Assembly (NCBI GenBank): GCA_008369845.1
Contig: MRSU01001875.1
Coordinates: 1 to 54,613, forward strand
Source: Trichomonas gallinae
Lineage: Eukaryota
Direction of reading: 5' to 3'
DNA length: 54,613 nt
In this document: positions 11,308-22,735 of the stretch, piece after piece
How the letters are laid out: every line of letters begins with the position of its first letter
How positions within the stretch are numbered: position 1 is the first letter of the stretch
Notes under the pieces: generated by a model
Databases searched by the model: none
The model's input: the letters and a program-made list of their open reading frames with translations, nothing else
What the model was told of the DNA's origin: nothing
Position numbers and translations under genes: made by a program

Positions 11308-13853
11308 TTATTCTTGCGACGTAAGAAGGAGAGAGTCTGTAAGACATGTATCAGTCATGAAGCTGCTTAACTTCTTCTTTTTCTGCCAGAATCTAATGGA
11401 AATCACAGAGATGATGATCATAATGAAAAGTGCGACAATCGAAGCTCCTATGATAATCAGAATATTTATATTGATTTTGTTTGGCGAAACCGGATCATGA
11501 TGTTTCTGTATCAATGATATGCATGTTTTGTCGGTTAGTTTCCTTATCTGCATGTCAAATAGTCTGTTGTCACCAGCAAATTGCCAGTGTGAACTTATGA
11601 ATGTCAAGTTTATGCTTGAAACATTTATGTCAAACTGTTTCGCACAGAAAATATCAATCGCGAAATCATCTAAACTGGAGAAAATCTGGTCATGCTTCTC
11701 TACGTTGTGGAAAGATACTTCAAATACACTTTTATCCTTATTCTGCGTTATTCTGTTCGCGTATAGATAACCGCTTTTTTGGACGGAATAAAAAACACGA
11801 ATAATAGAAACGTTTTCGATAGAGTCTATATATCCCATGCTGTGGTGATCTATGTATATATTCTCCGACGAAATTCTCGACGCCATGACTTGATAACTCG
11901 AAGAAAAGCATGTGTGGAGAGGTGTGAAAGAAATTGATGAATTATCATAAGCAGATTGATCTTTGAGAACTAAAATTCTTATATTAAAATGCTTCTCAAA
12001 ATCTGCTCTTATTTTACCACTCTTGGCCAAGAAAATACTCGAATCTTGATTGAAATTGTTTCCTGTGACTTTCAAAACGCCTTCATTCTCCAGTTTTTTG
12101 ATCAACGTATTTGGTGATACTTCGACTGTAAAAAATTCCATAACTTTTAGGTTGATTGGCCTCTTTGAGTCAACAACGAAATCACCTTGGAACTCAGCTT
12201 TAGTAAGATTTGGATGATCAACAACAAAAACAGTGTTCTTTCCTCTAAAAATGAATTCTGTGTTAGGGTTAAACTTCAAAACAAAATCATTTGAAATCAA
12301 ATGTGTTTCATTGAATAATGTTTTTGTTTCATTTAAAGTTATAAACATTTTGCAAGGATTAAGTGATGTAATGTTGGAATTTTTGAGATTAGATATGGAA
12401 ATATGCTCAGTATTTAATGTGTAGTTACCGAAAGTTGAAACAAACGAAATTTGTTTGGCGTTGATTTTTCCGTTGATTTTTATTTTTGTTGCTATCAAAC
12501 TGTCGAAATATCCATCATCTTCTATTTCTATTGTTGGCCATGTTCCAGGCAATATGTTTGTTATTGCCCAGTAATTTGTCAATTTCGAGATATTTTGGAG
12601 TTTTATTATTGGTGAATTTTCCGCGTGAATATATAAATGAGCTTTATTTGTATTTTCTGATAAATACTCATACATCAAATCTGTTTCATTGAGATTGAAT
12701 CTTTTGAATTTTTCAGTTATATTAACTTCAGTGTCTGATAAAACGACAGATTTAAATATTGAAATCTTATTCTTGTGAATTACTATGGATTTAGTATCAT
12801 CTGAACCATTAACAATATCGTAAGCTATTGTATCATAATTCTTTGTGTAAACTTGAATGTGCTGATGATCAAAATTGTTACATTGCTTAGATTGGATTAT
12901 AACCATGTCGCTCGGATCATTATCACTGAAATAACAATATCTCATTAAAATAAAGTCGATTTGATCGCCAATTATCCGTGGAATGGGTAGATTATTTGAT
13001 TGAATATAAATTTCGTTTGCTTTCACATGGGATGCGTAGATATAAGATTCAACACCCATTTGAAGCACATAATTGCATATAATTGTTAAGTTTTCTGCGT
13101 TTAAAGTTGAATTTTTCAATGATAAAATATCAAAAGTTATCTTTTTGAGATTAGATATTATTGAGCACTGATCTCCGGTCATATATACTCTGTGAAACGA
13201 CATAGAACCATCTGGAAAAGTAGTGAAAAGATATAATTGTTTTTCAATCTTCCAGTTGCGAGGTATAGCTATGTTCTTGACTTTCCCAACAATATAAGTA
13301 GTTGTTGGCTTCATTTGCGTAACAACGGCTGGAATAAATTCAGATTCACCAACAATAGTTAATTTTTCATATTGCGTAATATCGAAAATGAGGCTTTCTT
13401 CCGTCCAAGTAGAAGGAAGTAAGTTCAGAGTCAAATGAGAATGAATTTGGAGATCGAATTTAACTGTTAATAAGGTATTTGACATAAACATGCTGTATGT
13501 TTTGATTACTTGCGACTTGGTAATGTTGATGTGAAATACGGCATCGGCTGCAGGATAAAATTTAAATCCTTGTTTATTTGAATTATCATTAATTATAACA
13601 ATGCTGCCAATGAGACTGATATATATTACGTTAGGATGGTTTTTCAATATGATTTTTTGTTTGGTTACGTTAGATTCAATATTGCGAATTTCATCTGGCC
13701 GGAGATCTTTGAAGTCGAGAATATAAGGAGAATTACTTGAATCTTGTAATTGCTCTGATAGCGAAAAAATATGAGCAAAGAAGACCGAAAAAAGAATTAA
13801 ATCTAACAACCTAAAAAAATATAAATAGTTGAACCAAAAAAATTATGATGCAT
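11308..13853 (-). CDS. Single-pass type I membrane or surface protein; 5' end apparently frameshifted
   Basis: 833-codon ORF with a hydrophobic N-terminus, beta-rich ectodomain, TM helix ILIIIGASIVALFIMIIISVISI, basic stop-transfer QKKKK and a short tail. The nearest upstream ATG (13853) is out of frame by one base across the A7 run 13836-13842. Confidence 0.7.
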
Positions 13854-14583
13854 ATTGAGTTATTAACAGATATATGTATCGGATTCACTGAGAAACAAAA
13901 ATTTCAATTTTTGATAAAATATTTAAGTCGATTAATCATAATATAAAATAATTAATTAATGTTAGGATTTTTAAAATATTCAATATTGTAATTTTACATT
14001 TTCAAAATTTGAGACGCAAAATCTATAATATTATATTATATAGATAGAGTAGAAATTTTTGATTCGACATGTGTTATTCAATTGAATTTTATCTGATTTA
14101 GTAAACTTAAATATATTTTGGTTATTTTTATTAGTATCCATCAAATATGTACGGGTTAATTTGGTTATCAGATTTCCAATAATACCAAATAAATATAAGT
14201 AATGATTTATAATCTTGTATAGACACTAAATTTTATTAAATTTTGCTAATATAAGCAATATCGCATTTTTCAAATTTTCAATTTTGGAATTTAATCAATA
14301 ATATAGTAACGATATGTTATACTTTGTCAATGTATGAGTTTTATTCAATTAAAATACCAATTATAGCAAAAAATATTTTGAAATAAAATGAATGGAAATT
14401 TAGAACCTTAGTTTTTTGTTGTAATGAACAGCGATGGAAAATGTACCTATATTTAAAGATTGAATCACATTGCAAGCAATTTAAAACTTCAAATTTCCAG
14501 CAATTGATGTTTTTAATGCTTTTTCAGACTTAAATATGTAGATAAAGAGTTGTGTAAGATGTATATTTTTATATATAACAAAA

Positions 14584-16653
14584 TTAATAACAAATTTTCA
14601 ATGAGATTGAATAAATTGGAACCATTCTCTCTAAGCTTCTGACATAGACCAACTGGCTGTCATTGACTTTGAATAACAGTGTATCATAGTTTTTAGATTC
14701 AGGAATCCTAAAACTTTCAATGGAACTGTATTGTTTATAGTCCACGATTTGCTTGCCATAATCCAAGGCGCACAAAAGAACTTTGTGCTTTCCTGGCTGT
14801 AAAATGCTTAAATCGTCGGAAACAATAATTTTGTCTTCTGCTAATGGAATGGCAAAGGCCAATTGCATCCACTTATATCTATCAGATGCAATGCAGAATT
14901 CTGTAACTGTTGGAAGCTTAACAACCGTCTTTAAATGGAAACATTCGGATAATCTTAACTGGATCCAGTGCTGGACATAATTAAATTGTCTGGATCCTTT
15001 TCTAACGACAGTTGGCTCATCTGGAAGCATTGGTTTTTGCGCTCTTTCTAAAATTTTGAGTTCGCATTTTTCAAAAACGCAATTTCTGTTGATTAAGATC
15101 ATCTTTTCATACTGCTTCCTCAGCCTTTGGTTCTTGTCAACGAGCTTAAGTATTACTGAGTCAATTGTCGTCTGATCTAATTCTGGTAAAATAATTTGTC
15201 TTCTTTCTCTTTGTTCGAGAAATGCTTTCATTTTCTCGTTGATATTCATTATTTTGGCAACAATGTTGACTTTTTCATCGAACTGGCCAGAATTTTCAAG
15301 TTTTTGTCGAAATTCTTCGTTTTCGTGGCCAATTTCAGCAATTAACTGCATAATTTCGGAATCAGTCAGTTTATTAATGTCAACACTTCTCTGTGGAAGT
15401 CCAAGCTGCATTCTTAGCCTATCATTTTCTTGCAGTAGTCTTTTCAAGATTTGTTTTGCGTTCTTTCCGCCGAGAATATCATCAAGGGAGTGAATTGGTC
15501 CGTCTCCTTTTGGATTTCTAACTTCCGTCTGTGGAATTCCAGTTCTTCTCTTCTTCTGGGGAGTTTTTTGGATTTCGTAAATTTCATTTTCTGATGCAAC
15601 TTCGATTCCATCCAAGCAAAATGGCCTATTCTTTGCTGCTGATAATATATTCTGTCTGAATGCAATATATTCTGTTAAATCATCTCCAAATTTTTCTTGG
15701 AACTCGGCGAATGATGAATAGTGGCCATTTGACGGAATATCGAAAAATACTCCACGAATGTCAAGCTTAAACAATGAGTCTGCCTTGGAAACGAACTCAA
15801 TTACATCTTCTTGAGAATATCCCTTTGTATCCTTAAGATCAATCTCTTCTACATTGGGGGAAATATTTAGAATGTTGAGTAAATTTGAAATCTTTGTCCC
15901 ACATATGCTTAAAACGCGTAATTTTGGAAGTTGAATTCTGATTTCGATAGATTCATCGTCAAGTGGATTATATGATATATCCAATACTTCCAATTTTTGA
16001 AGTTTAGCAATAAATGACAGTGAAGTTATGTTATTGTGAGAGACATTTAAATTTTGCAAATTCGAAAATTCGAGATCTACATCTTCACATATCTTATTAT
16101 GAGATAGTGATAGTGTATTTAGCGATTTAAAATCAGAAAACTCGATTAAACTCGTAAGGAAACAATGATCTAAAATTAATGTTGTAAGATTTGCGAAAAT
16201 CTTTGAGTAATTAAATTCATTAATAATGTTCTTGGACATATTCAAGTATTTCAAGCTTTGAATTGGGTTTTTAACAAAGATTGAATGAATTCTATTATCA
16301 GATGCATTTATTTTGGTGATTTTTTGTGAAAATTCGATGTTTTCAAGGATTTCTATTCTGTTTGATGACAAATCTAAAGTTTCTAATTGTTTCAATGGAG
16401 ATAAATTTTCGATTTTTGTTAATAAATTCCTAGACAAATCAATTTCACGAATATTTTGAACATTTTTAAGATCTTTGTCATTAATCTCTTCTATTCTATT
16501 TGATGCTGCAGCAAGTTTATGTAAATTTGGATTTTCTTGTGGAAATTTAAGATTTGATATTAAATTGTTGCTAACATCAAGAGAACTGCAGTGACCCATT
16601 TGCAAAGTCTGCAAGTTTTTGAGCATTTTCCCTTGTAAATTTAGTTCAGACAT
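14584..16653 (-). CDS. SDS22-type leucine-rich repeat protein with coiled coil and a possible degenerate ART/PARP-like C-terminal domain
   Basis: Repeats such as LETLDLSSNRIEILENI, followed by a coiled coil and a globular C-terminus. First ATG at 16653. Confidence 0.85.
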   Translation of the reverse strand: MSELNLQGKMLKNLQTLQMGHCSSLDVSNNLISNLKFPQENPNLHKLAAASNRIEEINDKDLKNVQNIREIDLSRNLLTKIENLSPLKQLETLDLSSNRIEILENIEFSQKITKINASDNRIHSIFVKNPIQSLKYLNMSKNIINEFNYSKIFANLTTLILDHCFLTSLIEFSDFKSLNTLSLSHNKICEDVDLEFSNLQNLNVSHNNITSLSFIAKLQKLEVLDISYNPLDDESIEIRIQLPKLRVLSICGTKISNLLNILNISPNVEEIDLKDTKGYSQEDVIEFVSKADSLFKLDIRGVFFDIPSNGHYSSFAEFQEKFGDDLTEYIAFRQNILSAAKNRPFCLDGIEVASENEIYEIQKTPQKKRRTGIPQTEVRNPKGDGPIHSLDDILGGKNAKQILKRLLQENDRLRMQLGLPQRSVDINKLTDSEIMQLIAEIGHENEEFRQKLENSGQFDEKVNIVAKIMNINEKMKAFLEQRERRQIILPELDQTTIDSVILKLVDKNQRLRKQYEKMILINRNCVFEKCELKILERAQKPMLPDEPTVVRKGSRQFNYVQHWIQLRLSECFHLKTVVKLPTVTEFCIASDRYKWMQLAFAIPLAEDKIIVSDDLSILQPGKHKVLLCALDYGKQIVDYKQYSSIESFRIPESKNYDTLLFKVNDSQLVYVRSLERMVPIYSISLKICY

Positions 16654-17349
16654 CAACAAAATAAAATAAACGGGAAAACTTTTTATTAAAGAAATGAAAT
16701 ATTTGGTATTTCTACGTGATATATATTGCTATTATTTGGAAAAATCGGATTTTTGGTATTTATGACATGTAAAATGATATTTTTGTCAAGTAATTATTTT
16801 CATTGCATAACATCATTAGAAAACATATACATTCATTGTAAGCATATGATGCAAAGACTCTTTACGCTAAATTTCGATAAAATCAATTGCGTAATTTTTA
16901 TGATCGAGAATTTATATATGGATTAGGCGGCCATTATATCAGGGTTATCAATATGTTTATGTAAATGAACCAGAATATGTCTCATTTTTTTTTCCAAAAA
17001 AATGAAAAATTTCCAAAATTTTGTCAAAAAATTTTATTCAAAATTTCATTAAGCAACTCTATAACATATAAAAATATTTTTTGAAGTCGTTTTAATACAA
17101 TTAATTTTTTATTATTTCTATATTTAATACATATATAAATAAATCGAAATATCAAAAGAAAATTAATACTTTATCGGCAATTTATCGAGGAAAAATACGA
17201 AATAATTTTTTAATCTAAAAATATTGAATAATAGCATATTCTAAATAATGATAACAAATAAAAAATTTAATAGAAAATTATGACGAATTTTAAAAAGTGC
17301 TAAAAAATTGTTCGATGCAAAAAAATCTGACAACTTTAAAAGTGACATA

Positions 17350-20300
17350 ATGCAATCTAAAATTTGGACACAAGAATCTTTTTCTAATTGGTCCTCACAC
17401 TTCTTTTATTCGTCACATTACATAGCATCACTTGGGGAATACTTGGATGCATTTTCAGACATCGTAGACCATATCTGCGAATATCATTTTCTTCCACAGC
17501 GAATAGCAATGAAACCAGAGAAATTTTTCGAATCATTGATACAAATGTGCGGAGAAATAATGAGAATTAACTCGTTACGCGATGAAGACAAAGAAAATGT
17601 CAAAAGATATTTTTCAATACTTTTTAGACTGTTCAAAATCTCGCCAATATGCTCAAATTTCTACATCGAATTTTTCTCGTATTATATTTTTAATCCAACA
17701 TATGCTCTTTACCATAATAATCGCGAATTTTTTACCGAAATATGCCAAGCTTACGTAAACTCCGATTCTGCGACGGAATTATTCAAACAATTCGATAGCA
17801 ATGATGAATTGCCGCTTATATTCATGCGCTGCGCGATTTTCTTCTTTTATGTTCCATTCACAGAGACAGGAACATCAGAGGAAAGACTTAACGAAATATT
17901 TAACCACATAATCGAAAAGATGAAATTACTACAACTCCATAAGAACAGAAATGCTGTTTCTGAGCAACTTGCAGATTTTATTTCGAATACTTTAATGAGT
18001 TTAGGCTCAATAGACAAACTAACTGATGAAAAAACCTCCCAAATTCTCGATTTACTCGCTCAACAAATCAAATCAGAATTTTTCGATAAACAGATGCATT
18101 TCTTGAAATATTTGCACCAAATCTGCAACCAGCCAAAATTCGCCCCACATGTTTTCAAGTGGCTGAAGGACTCAGGCTTCGCTGATTATCTTTATCATAT
18201 TGAATTTAAATCTGCATTTCTTCCGATTTTCGCTGAATTGTTCAAATCATTCTCTAATGCCGACCTTCTCACTGTTGATAGCTTCAAAGCGATTTGGTCT
18301 CAACACACAACTTATCAAACATCTTCAATTAATCAGTTTTATCATGTTATCATCGAAGTTTTCGCTACTATGAAGCCAGGTTTGATTATTGGCTGCATTC
18401 AACAGATTCTTGAATCAAATGAAAAAAATGATGAATGGATTAACTTATTAAAACAGATTTGCTCTGGTTTAGGACATCGTGGCAATCAAGCTGAAGCTAT
18501 TAATCTCGTTCACGACCATGTTGCTCAATTAGCTAAAGAGGAAAGTGAAAATCAACAACATTTCGCTGATTTAGCCGAATATTTGAGCTGCATTGGCTTG
18601 TCTCATGATCAAATCGTCGCAAAATTAACAGAAATATCAAAATTACCAGAACTTTCACGTTTAGAATTAATGATTTTAGTTTCTCTCCTTCCTAACAGGA
18701 AAATCATCGATCAAGATCTCGCAAACAAATTATTGACACTCGTAGTTGCTTCTATTACTAAGAATCCTTCAAACGCTCAAAATTATTTTTCATTGATTCA
18801 CGTTTTGACGACTTTTAACGATGCAACATTTACCAGCAGCGACGTGAGCACCCTCCTCGAAAGCTCAATGAATTCGCAGAATTTACTTAATTTCATGATT
18901 ATGTTACTCGAAAGATATATGATTAAAGAAGAACAAGTTTTATCAGCAATCGAGAACCTTCCTGAGAAAAAGATCAACGCGAAATTCTACACATTCATCA
19001 AAAAAGCCTTCTTTTCGTTCAAAAATGATCCAAATAATCCATCCGGACTCTTTGAAATTACTTCTCTTCCATTTATGAACGAAGACTTGTTGTGGACATT
19101 GTGTCTTCGCGATTCGTTCATCCAGGAAAGATTTATGAGGCTTTTAGCAAGAATTTATTGCCGAAACAGCGAAACTTATCTACCTGATGAAGACATGATC
19201 CACATTTTTCTCACAAAGTGGTCAGAAAAGTTCTTCGAGCAGACAGATAACAGCATTAAGAACTCATTGGTTAAAATTTTGACATATTTCGTCAAAATTT
19301 GCGAAAAGGACGTTTATCCACTAAATTACGGATTTAATAGGCACAAGCAGGTCAGAGCATCAGAAATGATTACTGTAAATGCAGAATTTCATGATTCAGA
19401 AGTTTCTCTTTGCGTTTGCAGGTCAATGAGCGTTGCTGCCCTTACTAAACAGATTGCAGATGAATTTGATCTGCATTATTCAGGCTGCCAGCTCGAACAT
19501 GATGATTTTCCCGTTGATTTCGACAAAGACTTGTCAATTTTCGATGAACATGATAATGTCGATGTTGTTGTTACTGGTGGAAAGTGTCCAGATATAAGAG
19601 AGCGCACAACTCTTCCTTCTTTGGCGATAATCGAAATGAAATTGCACACGAAGCTGATTAGACTGATGGATGAACTTCCTGCCATCGTAGAATTACTCGA
19701 TGAGCTCCCAACACACGAAGATCTCGTTGATGTCATTGGAAAAATGCATGATATGGGATTAGATAAAGTATTTCCAAATACGAGGCCGAGATTCTTCAAA
19801 TACAACTTCGATACATTCATTAACAGGTTCACACTCAGTGATATTCCATCTCTCAAAGAAGTTGGTTTGTTCCAGTACATATTAACAGTCGGATTAGAAA
19901 ATAATGAGCCAATTTTGCTCCAAAATATTTTATCATGGCTCCAAGACATATTAAATAACGGTGTTGACATAGGAATCGATGAACAAATCTTATTTGACCA
20001 GATTTTGAGATTATTGAGAAATTTCCCAATGAATGAATCGTCATCGAAATTATTTAGGAACGCATTTGACGCTGTACATAACCTCAATGACCCGCGTTCT
20101 CTCAAATTCGACTTAGACACAATAAAAGTCTTGATATTGAAATTCTTGGCTTCAGAAAATGATAATATCGCCTTTGATTCATGCATGTTCTTCGAAAAGT
20201 TAAATATTCCATCGACTGTTTACGCTGAATTGAGTTCAGAAGTCGATTTCACGAAAGATAATTTCTTTTCAAGCTGGTCCGATCATATAATGAACAGGGA

Positions 20301-22287
20301 CGAAACAGCAGTAAATATTGTTATGTCCAACCTCACTGAAACAGTTTCATGGGGCCATCTCGATTTATTAGATGCATTATTAGAATTTCATGCAATGAAT
20401 GACGAAGAAATTGACAAAATCACAACATTCATCTGTAACAACTTCTTGGATCCAGGAGCTGAAGCAAAAGGCGCGAAAATCTTTGAATCCGCAATGAATG
20501 TCGCCAAGCACTTAAACGGACCAAAGATTGTTGCAGCTCTCCACCATCTATGCGCAACATCATTCAGAGAATGGGACATCGATGGAGATAAAATCGTTCT
20601 CCAAAAAAGCGGTTCATACGTCGGTTTAGACAACTTAGGCGTCACTTGCTTCGTCGACAGTGTCCTCCAGCAGCTGTTCAGGATAACAGAAGTTCGCCAA
20701 GCCGTTTTTGATTTTGTTGGAAAGAATTCTTTCATCAAACAACTTCAATATTTGTTTGCAAACATGATGTATTCGAACCTTCAGTCTGTCTCAACACAGA
20801 AATTATTGAATGCTTGGTCCAATGATAGTGATGACGTTTTAGATACAAATGTTCAACAGGATGCATGCGAATTCCTTCAATTATTGTTAGACAAGCTCGA
20901 AAAAATACTCGGAAAAGATAAATTAAGTCTCTTCAACGGCGAATTTATTAACAGAATCGAATCATTGGACGGATCATTAAGTTCTGAGAGCACAGAGACA
21001 TACATTGCCTTGCCTGTTGACGTTCTTCACTCAAGGACACTTGATGAGAGCCTTAAAAAGATTTCTATACCTGAAATTCTCAAAGGCGCCTACAAATTCG
21101 AAGGAACAGACCAGAAAGTCGACGTCAAGAAGTTCTGTCTATTCGGAAAAGCACCAAAGAACTTAATCATTCAGCTCAAAAGATTCGAATATAATTTCGA
21201 AACATTTGTTAGATACAAAGTAAAGACACCACTCTCTTTCCCAGCAGAATTGTCTCTCGCTGGCAAAGATTACAAACTCGCTGGCGTGATTATGCATTCA
21301 GGATCAGCAGATTTCGGCCACTACATCAGCTACTGCCTCCAGGAGAACGGAACATGGCAGTGCTTCAACGACAACATTGTCACGCAAGTCACTCATGAAC
21401 ACGTCTTGTCTGTCGGCAGAGGAGAAAAAGGAACATGGAGCGCTTTTATTTTGTTCTACGACTCTGAGCCACAAAAACCAGTCACAGTTCCTAGGAAGTT
21501 CATGGATTACGTTCGCAGTGAGAACGACTACAACTGTCTCACGAGGCTTACTTTTTCATCTGCCGCAACAGATTTGTTCAACTACTTCTTGGGAAGCAAG
21601 GATGACTCATTGTTCCAGGAAGCTGTGCAGTTCTCGATGACATTTGCCGCCTTCACTGTCGGTGGAATAAACGGTGCCAAACTTCTTAAGAACGCGAACG
21701 AGACATTAATGGAAAGGCCTCAAGTTTGCGCGAATTTAGTCAGAGAGCTTTCGAAGCTTTTCCTGTCGAATCTGTTCATTTATTGCAAGCACAGCGAAGT
21801 GAGAATTGCAGCATCAAATGTCGTCATTTCTCTGATGAAAGTTGTCGGTCCTTCTGCTCTTGATATAGTCAACAGATATTTCGAGGACTTCGAAGCTCAT
21901 CCGGAACACTTAGAAGGAATAATGAGCATCTATGTTGAAGCCGCTCATATAGAAGCATGCAAGCCAGTCCTCAAGAACAAGGTTTTGTCCCAGTTGGAGG
22001 ATTTAGTTAGACACATGGAGCCGCAGAGAGCTAAGTCTAACTCTATGGACCACATCTTTAGCGCAATTCTCGCGATTGGCCCGTCCAGTGGATTCGGAGA
22101 CGAAATCGTGAGCACGAGATGGATTGAGAAATACTTTACGTTAACTGATCTCACTATCATTGCAGATGTTATCAGGAAGTCTCCTACAGCACCAGATCAG
22201 CTCCGTAAATTTGCTGCAAAGACGCCGAACCCTAAGTGGAGGAATTTGCTCAAACTCTTCCCCGAAATACAAGCAGAAAAGCAGTAA
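17350..22287 (+). CDS. Ubiquitin-specific protease (clan CA, family C19), large USP9/24/34-like architecture
   Basis: Cys box GLDNLGVTCFVDSVLQQL, QQDACEF, QLKRF, His box HSGSADFGHY and FND, after a long helical N-terminus. First ATG at 17350 follows AAAGTGAC. Confidence 0.92.
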   Translation: MQSKIWTQESFSNWSSHFFYSSHYIASLGEYLDAFSDIVDHICEYHFLPQRIAMKPEKFFESLIQMCGEIMRINSLRDEDKENVKRYFSILFRLFKISPICSNFYIEFFSYYIFNPTYALYHNNREFFTEICQAYVNSDSATELFKQFDSNDELPLIFMRCAIFFFYVPFTETGTSEERLNEIFNHIIEKMKLLQLHKNRNAVSEQLADFISNTLMSLGSIDKLTDEKTSQILDLLAQQIKSEFFDKQMHFLKYLHQICNQPKFAPHVFKWLKDSGFADYLYHIEFKSAFLPIFAELFKSFSNADLLTVDSFKAIWSQHTTYQTSSINQFYHVIIEVFATMKPGLIIGCIQQILESNEKNDEWINLLKQICSGLGHRGNQAEAINLVHDHVAQLAKEESENQQHFADLAEYLSCIGLSHDQIVAKLTEISKLPELSRLELMILVSLLPNRKIIDQDLANKLLTLVVASITKNPSNAQNYFSLIHVLTTFNDATFTSSDVSTLLESSMNSQNLLNFMIMLLERYMIKEEQVLSAIENLPEKKINAKFYTFIKKAFFSFKNDPNNPSGLFEITSLPFMNEDLLWTLCLRDSFIQERFMRLLARIYCRNSETYLPDEDMIHIFLTKWSEKFFEQTDNSIKNSLVKILTYFVKICEKDVYPLNYGFNRHKQVRASEMITVNAEFHDSEVSLCVCRSMSVAALTKQIADEFDLHYSGCQLEHDDFPVDFDKDLSIFDEHDNVDVVVTGGKCPDIRERTTLPSLAIIEMKLHTKLIRLMDELPAIVELLDELPTHEDLVDVIGKMHDMGLDKVFPNTRPRFFKYNFDTFINRFTLSDIPSLKEVGLFQYILTVGLENNEPILLQNILSWLQDILNNGVDIGIDEQILFDQILRLLRNFPMNESSSKLFRNAFDAVHNLNDPRSLKFDLDTIKVLILKFLASENDNIAFDSCMFFEKLNIPSTVYAELSSEVDFTKDNFFSSWSDHIMNRDETAVNIVMSNLTETVSWGHLDLLDALLEFHAMNDEEIDKITTFICNNFLDPGAEAKGAKIFESAMNVAKHLNGPKIVAALHHLCATSFREWDIDGDKIVLQKSGSYVGLDNLGVTCFVDSVLQQLFRITEVRQAVFDFVGKNSFIKQLQYLFANMMYSNLQSVSTQKLLNAWSNDSDDVLDTNVQQDACEFLQLLLDKLEKILGKDKLSLFNGEFINRIESLDGSLSSESTETYIALPVDVLHSRTLDESLKKISIPEILKGAYKFEGTDQKVDVKKFCLFGKAPKNLIIQLKRFEYNFETFVRYKVKTPLSFPAELSLAGKDYKLAGVIMHSGSADFGHYISYCLQENGTWQCFNDNIVTQVTHEHVLSVGRGEKGTWSAFILFYDSEPQKPVTVPRKFMDYVRSENDYNCLTRLTFSSAATDLFNYFLGSKDDSLFQEAVQFSMTFAAFTVGGINGAKLLKNANETLMERPQVCANLVRELSKLFLSNLFIYCKHSEVRIAASNVVISLMKVVGPSALDIVNRYFEDFEAHPEHLEGIMSIYVEAAHIEACKPVLKNKVLSQLEDLVRHMEPQRAKSNSMDHIFSAILAIGPSSGFGDEIVSTRWIEKYFTLTDLTIIADVIRKSPTAPDQLRKFAAKTPNPKWRNLLKLFPEIQAEKQ

Positions 22288-22735
22288 TTTTTTATCGCAA
22301 TTGTTTTATGTTTTATACTTTAATAATAAACAATTTATATATTAATTTTCCAAGCTCTCTTTTACATCCTATAAAGCTAATATTTTATTTTTCAATAAAG
22401 TGATGACAATATTTAAATTACAGCATATACAAGGTGCTTTTGTGTGAATGTTGTATTATCACTCATATAATTACGAAATCTTTATTGCGAATCATTATAT
22501 TCCAAAATTTCAACTGATCAAAAAATGAAGCATTAATTAATGGTGTTGTATCACATTCGATTTTTGATCTGTTATTGTTTCAACTAATCATGATATGTTT
22601 AGTATATATTTGATGAAGCCATTCACTTCCAATTAACTATAGATAATATTTATAAACTAAACTTAAAAATATCAATTGATGTTAAAAATTAAAACATCTA
22701 AAATACAGCAATATATGAAAATAAATATAGTAATA

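Noticed and set aside
13811..13834. 24-nt GT...AG intron rescuing the membrane-protein start
   Set aside because: Its length is a multiple of three, so the frame is not restored, and it lacks a CTAAC branch motif.
19476..20186. Long antisense ORFs (also 34050-34814 and many 60-140 aa ORFs inside genes)
   Set aside because: They are shadows of the real coding strand caused by codon bias, and they contain no motifs.
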